From a candidate division WOR-3 bacterium (lineage in GTDB: Bacteria > Hydrothermota > Tepidihabitantia > SM23-42 > CAYGYG01): a DNA stretch of 12,602 nucleotides. The notes under the pieces were generated by a model. It saw nothing but the letters and a program-made list of their open reading frames with translations, ran no database searches and was not told the DNA's origin. Of the stretch, positions 7,290-12,602 are shown in pieces. Each line of letters opens with the position of its first letter. Position 1 is the stretch's first letter. The stretch lies in assembly GCA_965648915.1 (NCBI GenBank), contig CBFGIV010000058.1, positions 1 through 12,602 on the forward strand, in the 5' to 3' direction. The position numbers and the translations under genes were made by a program.

Positions 7290-7479
7290 CACTAACCACT
7301 TTTTTCTTACTCTTTTTTATCTTCTCTCTTCTTCAATCTTCAATCTTATATCTTCTATTATCTATCTTTCTATCTTCCATCCTCTATTCTTCTATCTTCC
7401 ATCTTTTCTATTTTCCCTCCTCCGTCTTCAATCTTTTTCGACTCTCGACCCCCGGACTCTCAGACTCTTCCGACTCTCA
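7290..7479. repeat. Pyrimidine-rich degenerate 7-9-mer tandem repeat tract
   Basis: No G from 7290 to 7423. Units TCTTCAA TCTTCAA TCTTATA TCTTCTA TTATCTA from 7330, then GACTCTC-like units at 7440, 7447, 7455, 7463 and 7472. Confidence 0.8.
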
Positions 7480-7552
7480 ACCTGGAGGTGTAAGATGATT
7501 TAAAAATCATAGAACATCTCTTTCTCATCGATCTGCTTTACGCAGAAAATCC

Positions 7553-7588
7553 TTGACAGAAAAGGTTTTTGTATTATAATGAAAGGAG
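7553..7588 (+). promoter_or_regulatory. Sigma70 promoter (TTGACA-16-TATAAT) plus Shine-Dalgarno AAGGAG for the 1000-aa gene
   Basis: TTGACA 7553-7558, TATAAT 7575-7580, AAGGAG 7583-7588, ATG 7595. Confidence 0.75.
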
Positions 7589-7594
7589 ATTAAA

Positions 7595-10500
7595 ATGAAA
7601 AGGCATATATTAACCATGGTCATCTCATTGGCTGCGATAGTCATAGCGCCCTTAAGGGCTGAAATCCCACCAGATGGTTGGGAAGAATCTGTCGATATGG
7701 CTACTGATGGTGTGTGTCCAAAGATTGCGACTAACACGAATTATATCCATACAGTATATGTAAACCCCAATACTGGTTATTTATACTATAAAAGGTCCAC
7801 CGACTACGGCTTTTCTTGGCTCGATGAAGTTGTTCTATACGATCAACCTGTAGGCACTGCGAGCATTGCGGTTGACGATATAGGTAAGGTGTATGCTGTG
7901 TGGGCAAAACCAATTGATGGCTATTGGGAATTATGGTGGCGACATTCTTCGAATAACGGTGTAAGTTGGAGCGAACCTGTAGAAATACCACTTAATCTAT
8001 CAGATATGCTTGGTGACCCAATGCCGAGTTTAACCATTGACTCAGAACGGAAACTCCACATGGCTTTTGGATATTCATACGAGGTTGGTGGAGAATGGAA
8101 TGTTGAGATGAGATGGACTTATTATGACCCTGCCTCGGGTGAATGGCTGCGGCCAGAAGTAGTCCTTAACTGTGGGCAAATTGTCGCAAGAAATTTTTCC
8201 TCGATAACTACACTCGGTACTGACCCTCATATTACCTTCACTCGAGAACTTGCTACCAATCCTCCTTACTATTGGTTTGATGTTGCAAGGAAAGAATCTG
8301 GTGTATGGATAACACAAACACTCTACGAGCACCACGGTTCTTTTTGTAGTATTGATGAAACAAATTGTCCAAATTCCTACTTACATATTTGCTGGGTTTT
8401 CAAGGCGTTCCAGGACGGACAATGGCAACTGCCATACATATGGTATTGTCGTTCAACAGACGGTGGTATTAACTGGACAGTCCGGCGATTTGAAGATATA
8501 ATTTGCTATCCTGATGCTTCACTTTCTGCTGATGATAAGGGGCTTCATTTAATATACACAAGCGGCACTGCTAATCCGCCAAAAACAGAATTATACTGGC
8601 GACGTTCGACAGATTACGGCGCAACTTGGCCTTGGCCGACTCCTGACACACTTGAGTCAAGAGATCGTAACTGGTATCAAATCTATTCTTCTGATGTCTC
8701 TTCCTCTACAGGAGCAATGGGAAGGCATGTAGTTTTTTATATGTTGGATTTAAATATCGAGCGGAACGATATCTGGTATCTGGCAAACTACGACAGTTTA
8801 CTATCAGATGACCTGAATGCGACGGCATTCAACTGGGGTCGTCACCTCTATCGGATTCCCGAGGTCAATCACTTCCACTTAGTTTATCAATCAAAGGGCA
8901 AGGTTCGTTACACTCATTCCGAAGATAATTTCCAGACATGGGCACCCTTCCATCGTTTAGATAACGGTAGTTATCCCACTGTCGGTTATATAATGACACC
9001 CAATTATGAATGGCACGCACCAGTAATTGCTTATATTCATCAAGAGAATCAGATTGGCTATCAATGGTATGATGACATAACCCAGCAATGGTATGGTTTT
9101 TACATCACACCGCCATATCCCTATGATGTTGTTGGACCACCATCAATTACCACAGCCGGTTATGATGTCTGTTTGACTTTTTCTGCCCACAGTCTCATGT
9201 TCCCGGGCAGCGCCATTCTTTATTACCAATTCCCATTTAACTCACCCGGGCCCGGGGATCCTTTTCCGGTTGCAATATCCCAGGGCAATGACCTCAGTGC
9301 TCCGTGTGTTGCTTACGACTACTATAGTCCGACAGGCGGCATCCATGTGGTTTATGACACGAGTAGCAATATCTTCTATCGATGGAAGGATTCTGAAGGT
9401 CAATGGTGGCCAAGAGAAGATGTCTCTTGTCGTTGGTATCCTCCTTGTGACTTTCCAGCTGATACTGCTTTTGTTGAACCTTGGGGTGATCAAGTATTTT
9501 GCGACTGGATGAGAAGGTTTCAGTATCCTTCTACCGAAATATATAGGAATTGGAAACCTATAGGTATTCCTGAATGGAGTATCTGGACGATCCAAAACCG
9601 TAGCCAGTCACCTTACGAGTCGTCAGACTATCCAGTTGGTGTTATTGGCGATTTCTCTGTCTGGACGGAACCACCGCAAATGGTTGCAAACTCGGATATA
9701 AGATATCTCAGCGACACCTGGGGTTATGGCTGGGTCTGCACAACACCAGAAAGGTCTATATTTTGTCATTCACAGCTCTTCATTGACCCCGCCGGTCCGA
9801 TTCCTCAATGCCATTTATATAATGCCTGGACCGAAGGTAGTGCCGTGCCCTATAGAGTATCCACCAAGGAGTTGATATTTGTAGGGGGTAAAGGCAATCC
9901 GACCTTGCCTGCTTACTACGATGTTGTTGCTGGCGACTCTGCTCCCTCACGGTACTGCACAAAAAGAGATTCTTTTATAAGATATACCAGATTCAATGTT
10001 GACCTTGGCCGAAGCGAACTGATCTATACATTGCCATTTCTAAATCCCTTATATCCTGGTTATAAACTGCTCTGCATTACTTATTTTGAAGGCACATCTA
10101 CAAGAAAGGAACAGATTCTTATTGATGGCACAGACTATGGAACATTTGAATTCAAACCCAATCGTCCTGAAACAGTAAGTATAACAATCCCAAGATTACA
10201 TTATGAAAAGGACCATAAGGTGGTTGTAGTATTCAAAGGTAGTCCAACTGCCAAAGTTGGTCTCGTTCTGTATCAACTCGAAAAAGTAGGCGGCGGCAAA
10301 GGTGGTATCCAGACTCTGGCGACACTGAATACTGAACAACCAACTGCCTTATGTATTTCTCCTAATCCAGCGAAGAATCTGATTCACATAAGTTATGCTC
10401 TTAAGAATAAGTCCGATGTTTCAATCCAGCTATTCGACATTTCTGGCAGGTTGGTTAGAAAACTGCTCGTAGGGCAGAAAGAACCTGGAAGGTATGCATT

Positions 10501-10597
10501 ATCAATTGATACAAAAGGCCTACCTTGTGGTATCTACTTTGTAAAATGCAAGCTTGGACAAGATCTTCGCACGGAAAAAGTCATTTTGATGAAGTAA
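7595..10597 (+). CDS. Secreted Asp-box/BNR-repeat beta-propeller protein with T9SS type A-like C-terminal sorting domain
   Basis: Signal peptide MKRHILTMVISLAAIVIAPLRA. Asp boxes RSTDYGFSW, HSSNNGVSW, RSTDGGINW, RSTDYGATW and degenerate HSEDNFQTW. CTD motifs ISPNPA, LFDISGRLV, GIYFVK, KVILMK. Confidence 0.85.
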   Translation: MKRHILTMVISLAAIVIAPLRAEIPPDGWEESVDMATDGVCPKIATNTNYIHTVYVNPNTGYLYYKRSTDYGFSWLDEVVLYDQPVGTASIAVDDIGKVYAVWAKPIDGYWELWWRHSSNNGVSWSEPVEIPLNLSDMLGDPMPSLTIDSERKLHMAFGYSYEVGGEWNVEMRWTYYDPASGEWLRPEVVLNCGQIVARNFSSITTLGTDPHITFTRELATNPPYYWFDVARKESGVWITQTLYEHHGSFCSIDETNCPNSYLHICWVFKAFQDGQWQLPYIWYCRSTDGGINWTVRRFEDIICYPDASLSADDKGLHLIYTSGTANPPKTELYWRRSTDYGATWPWPTPDTLESRDRNWYQIYSSDVSSSTGAMGRHVVFYMLDLNIERNDIWYLANYDSLLSDDLNATAFNWGRHLYRIPEVNHFHLVYQSKGKVRYTHSEDNFQTWAPFHRLDNGSYPTVGYIMTPNYEWHAPVIAYIHQENQIGYQWYDDITQQWYGFYITPPYPYDVVGPPSITTAGYDVCLTFSAHSLMFPGSAILYYQFPFNSPGPGDPFPVAISQGNDLSAPCVAYDYYSPTGGIHVVYDTSSNIFYRWKDSEGQWWPREDVSCRWYPPCDFPADTAFVEPWGDQVFCDWMRRFQYPSTEIYRNWKPIGIPEWSIWTIQNRSQSPYESSDYPVGVIGDFSVWTEPPQMVANSDIRYLSDTWGYGWVCTTPERSIFCHSQLFIDPAGPIPQCHLYNAWTEGSAVPYRVSTKELIFVGGKGNPTLPAYYDVVAGDSAPSRYCTKRDSFIRYTRFNVDLGRSELIYTLPFLNPLYPGYKLLCITYFEGTSTRKEQILIDGTDYGTFEFKPNRPETVSITIPRLHYEKDHKVVVVFKGSPTAKVGLVLYQLEKVGGGKGGIQTLATLNTEQPTALCISPNPAKNLIHISYALKNKSDVSIQLFDISGRLVRKLLVGQKEPGRYALSIDTKGLPCGIYFVKCKLGQDLRTEKVILMK

Positions 10598-10601
10598 AGT
10601 T

Positions 10602-10634
10602 TAGGGGAGGGGTTGGTTAGCCGCCCCTCCCTTA
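10602..10634 (+). terminator. Intergenic GC-rich hairpin (weak terminator or mRNA-stabilising stem)
   Basis: GGGAGGGG (10605-10612) pairs with CCCCTCCC (10624-10631). Only a short interrupted T run (TTACTT) follows. Confidence 0.5.
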
Positions 10635-10652
10635 CTTGAATAAGGAGTGTTT

Positions 10653-12377
10653 ATGAAAAAATCATACATCGTTATAATCCTTCTTCTTTCTGCAATAGGT
10701 CTTTTTGGTCAGAGATACTCACAGATTGCTTACATACCAAATGGTGTCATGGATAGGTATATAAAAGCATTTGATGCTAATCAGGATGGTTATATTGATC
10801 TTATATTTACGGGCAAGCGACTTTGGCCTGGTGATTCAGTCTGGGTTGTATTCTACAGTTATCGCCCTTACAATCGTTACTTTTTGGCTGATTATTTAAG
10901 AGGCTTCCGCTATTTTTGGGACATTGGATTTATTGACAACGATTCTCTGCCTGATGCAACAATGTCAAATCGGGATTTGTATGTTTATGAATCGCCCGCA
11001 CCTGATAGTTATCCGAAGTCGGTTGTTTGGCAACAACGGCCGAACCCGCCAGCAGTATATTGGACAGGATACATTACGGACTTAGATAGGGATGGAAAGA
11101 AAGAAATCGCGACCAGAAGCGAGTCAACGAGGATATTCGAGTGTGTCGGCGACAACCAATATACACTGGTTTGGGGCTATTACGGTGGGGGGACTGGTGC
11201 CATGGATTGGGCAGATTTTGATCAAGATGGAAAGACTGAATTTGTTATTGCTAACAACGGTAGACCTTCTGTCATTGTATTCGAGTGCACTGGTAACGAT
11301 AGTTATCAGTTGGTTTTTCAGGATACACTGCCTCATTTCAATCATCGTGATGTAATTGCCATTAAGGACATGGATAATGATGGTTTGTCAGAGTTTTTGA
11401 TAGGCGCCGACGAGGGTTACCCGCTTAAAGGTTATTTTTGGCTTTATGAAGCCGTAGGAGACAATAATTATGATATCATCTTCCATGATTCGCTCACTGG
11501 TTTACCTTTTCAGAATTACTGGGCGATGAGCTATTCAGGTGATATTGATAGTGATGGCAAAGAAGAACTTATCTGGGCAGTAAAAAACAACTGGATGATT
11601 TATAAAGCAACAGGCAATAACACTTTTGAAAGAGTTTTTATGGCTTATCCACATCCTAACGGGAATCGCATGGATGGCACATGTATGTATGTCTGTGACA
11701 TAAATGGCAACGGTTATCCTGAGATAATAGAGTCAAGAGAAGATTATGCGATCAATTTTATTCAGGAGACTGTTATCTGGGAAATTAAGGGCGTTTCTCT
11801 TCATCGTCCTAACGGCGGCGAGATTTTACAGCCCGATTCTCAATTTCCGATTTGCTGGGAGAAATTCACTCCACCCGGTACTGACTCATTCAGTCTCTTC
11901 GTCTGTTTTGATAATGGTCGTAACTTTCGTACCATTGCAACTGGTATTCCAGCGAACGATACTCTTTATTTATGGAATGTCCCGGATTCATTGTCCGACT
12001 CCTGCAAGATAATGATCTGGGCATACGGACCACCGAATCCGGTCACCGGCAAAATCCCTGCTGCCTGGGATTTCAGCGATACGGTATTCTCAATCAGACA
12101 GACAAGAATCAAAGAAGATACCAGATACAGGATACAGGAAGCCGGATTAAAGATTTTACAGAATCCGGCAAGAAAAGAAATCAGATTACAGTTAACAGAT
12201 GGCGGTCAAAAAGAATTAAAGATTTATGATGTGACAGGAAAGTTGGTTATAGATCTGAATTTTCGTCCATCTGAAGATGGACGCTACAGAACCATCGTGC
12301 TTAATCCTGGTGTTTATTTTGTGCGGGTAGGGGATGAGAAAAAGATAATTACAAAGAAGGTGGTGGTGATTGAGTAA
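10653..12377 (+). CDS. Secreted FG-GAP/VCBS-like calcium-binding repeat protein with Ig-like domain and T9SS type A-like C-terminal domain
   Basis: SD AAGGAG 10642-10647 favours ATG 10653. Signal peptide MKKSYIVIILLLSAIGLFG. Seven Dx[DN]xDG-type loops (DANQDG, DNDSLPD, DLDRDG, DFDQDG, DMDNDG, DIDSDG, DINGNG). PNGGE...W...LWNVP Ig-like module. CTD QNPA, IYDVTGKLV, GVYFV, KKVVVIE. Confidence 0.85.
   Translation: MKKSYIVIILLLSAIGLFGQRYSQIAYIPNGVMDRYIKAFDANQDGYIDLIFTGKRLWPGDSVWVVFYSYRPYNRYFLADYLRGFRYFWDIGFIDNDSLPDATMSNRDLYVYESPAPDSYPKSVVWQQRPNPPAVYWTGYITDLDRDGKKEIATRSESTRIFECVGDNQYTLVWGYYGGGTGAMDWADFDQDGKTEFVIANNGRPSVIVFECTGNDSYQLVFQDTLPHFNHRDVIAIKDMDNDGLSEFLIGADEGYPLKGYFWLYEAVGDNNYDIIFHDSLTGLPFQNYWAMSYSGDIDSDGKEELIWAVKNNWMIYKATGNNTFERVFMAYPHPNGNRMDGTCMYVCDINGNGYPEIIESREDYAINFIQETVIWEIKGVSLHRPNGGEILQPDSQFPICWEKFTPPGTDSFSLFVCFDNGRNFRTIATGIPANDTLYLWNVPDSLSDSCKIMIWAYGPPNPVTGKIPAAWDFSDTVFSIRQTRIKEDTRYRIQEAGLKILQNPARKEIRLQLTDGGQKELKIYDVTGKLVIDLNFRPSEDGRYRTIVLNPGVYFVRVGDEKKIITKKVVVIE
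12117..12158 (+). repeat. Intragenic 7-nt tandem repeat in the linker before the CTD
   Basis: GATACCA GATACAG GATACAG GAAGCCG GATTAAA GATTTTA. Confidence 0.65.
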
Positions 12378-12475
12378 AATCCGCCTTCAACCACACAGGT
12401 TGGTAGAAGAAAAGACTTCTGATTTTTAAGGGCTTAAATTTAGTGGACTGCCCCTAAGTCCAGAAATTTTTATCA

Positions 12476-12527
12476 TGTTACGCCACAGCTAAAATGTCCC
12501 CTTAACTGCACAGCGACATGTCCCCTT
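12476..12527. mobile_element. Probable IS terminal repeat (IS1202/IS481/IS21-like architecture), transposase not in window
   Basis: TGT at 12476 followed by two direct sub-terminal repeats, CACAGCTAAAATGTCCCCTT (12484-12503) and CACAGCGACATGTCCCCTT (12509-12527). Confidence 0.5.
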
Positions 12528-12602
12528 TTTATTATTTTAATTAGATTTTTATGAAAATCAATACTATTCACCATCATAAGGAAATTTTTGGATGAATTTG
12601 TC

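Noticed and set aside
7290..7479. CRISPR array or coding low-complexity ORF
   Set aside because: Units are 7-9 nt with no spacers, there are no cas genes, and the ORF track shows no ORF here.
8849..8860. YRIP, resembling the sialidase [FY]RIP motif
   Set aside because: It follows four of the five Asp boxes and its context (RHLYRIPEVNHFHLVY) does not resemble the usual RIP-x-L blade; likely coincidental without structural support.
7525..12229. Small ORFs overlapping the two secreted-protein genes
   Set aside because: Nested in long motif-bearing ORFs, with no independent evidence.
12385..12472. Cluster of small hairpins (CAACC/GGTTG, AGAAG/CTTCT, TTTAAG/CTTAAA, TGGACT/AGTCCA) as a terminator or structured RNA
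   Set aside because: Stems are only 5-6 bp and none is convincingly a terminator; cannot be distinguished from chance.

Overview
Bacterial chromosomal window with three blocks. (1) A tightly coupled + strand operon, hsp20 - lon - GWxTD protein - GWxTD protein (179-5321). (2) A convergent - strand unit, tRNA-Pro(GGG) - GT2 glycosyltransferase - surE (6883-5339), behind a perfect TTGACA-17-TATAAT promoter. (3) Two large secreted beta-propeller proteins with T9SS type-A-like C-terminal domains: an Asp-box/BNR protein (7595-10597) and an FG-GAP/VCBS protein (10653-12377), followed by what looks like an IS terminus. The ~700 bp spacer between blocks 2 and 3 holds extra sigma70-like promoters, two REP-like hairpins, a dif/Xer-like site, a 134-nt G-free heptamer repeat tract and an orphan ribosome binding site. 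T9SS-like CTDs combined with canonical sigma70 promoters and Shine-Dalgarno sites suggest a non-Bacteroidota FCB-type lineage such as WOR-3 (inference only). The best candidate for an undescribed system is the chaperone-protease-2xGWxTD operon. All calls are by motif recognition; no searches were run.
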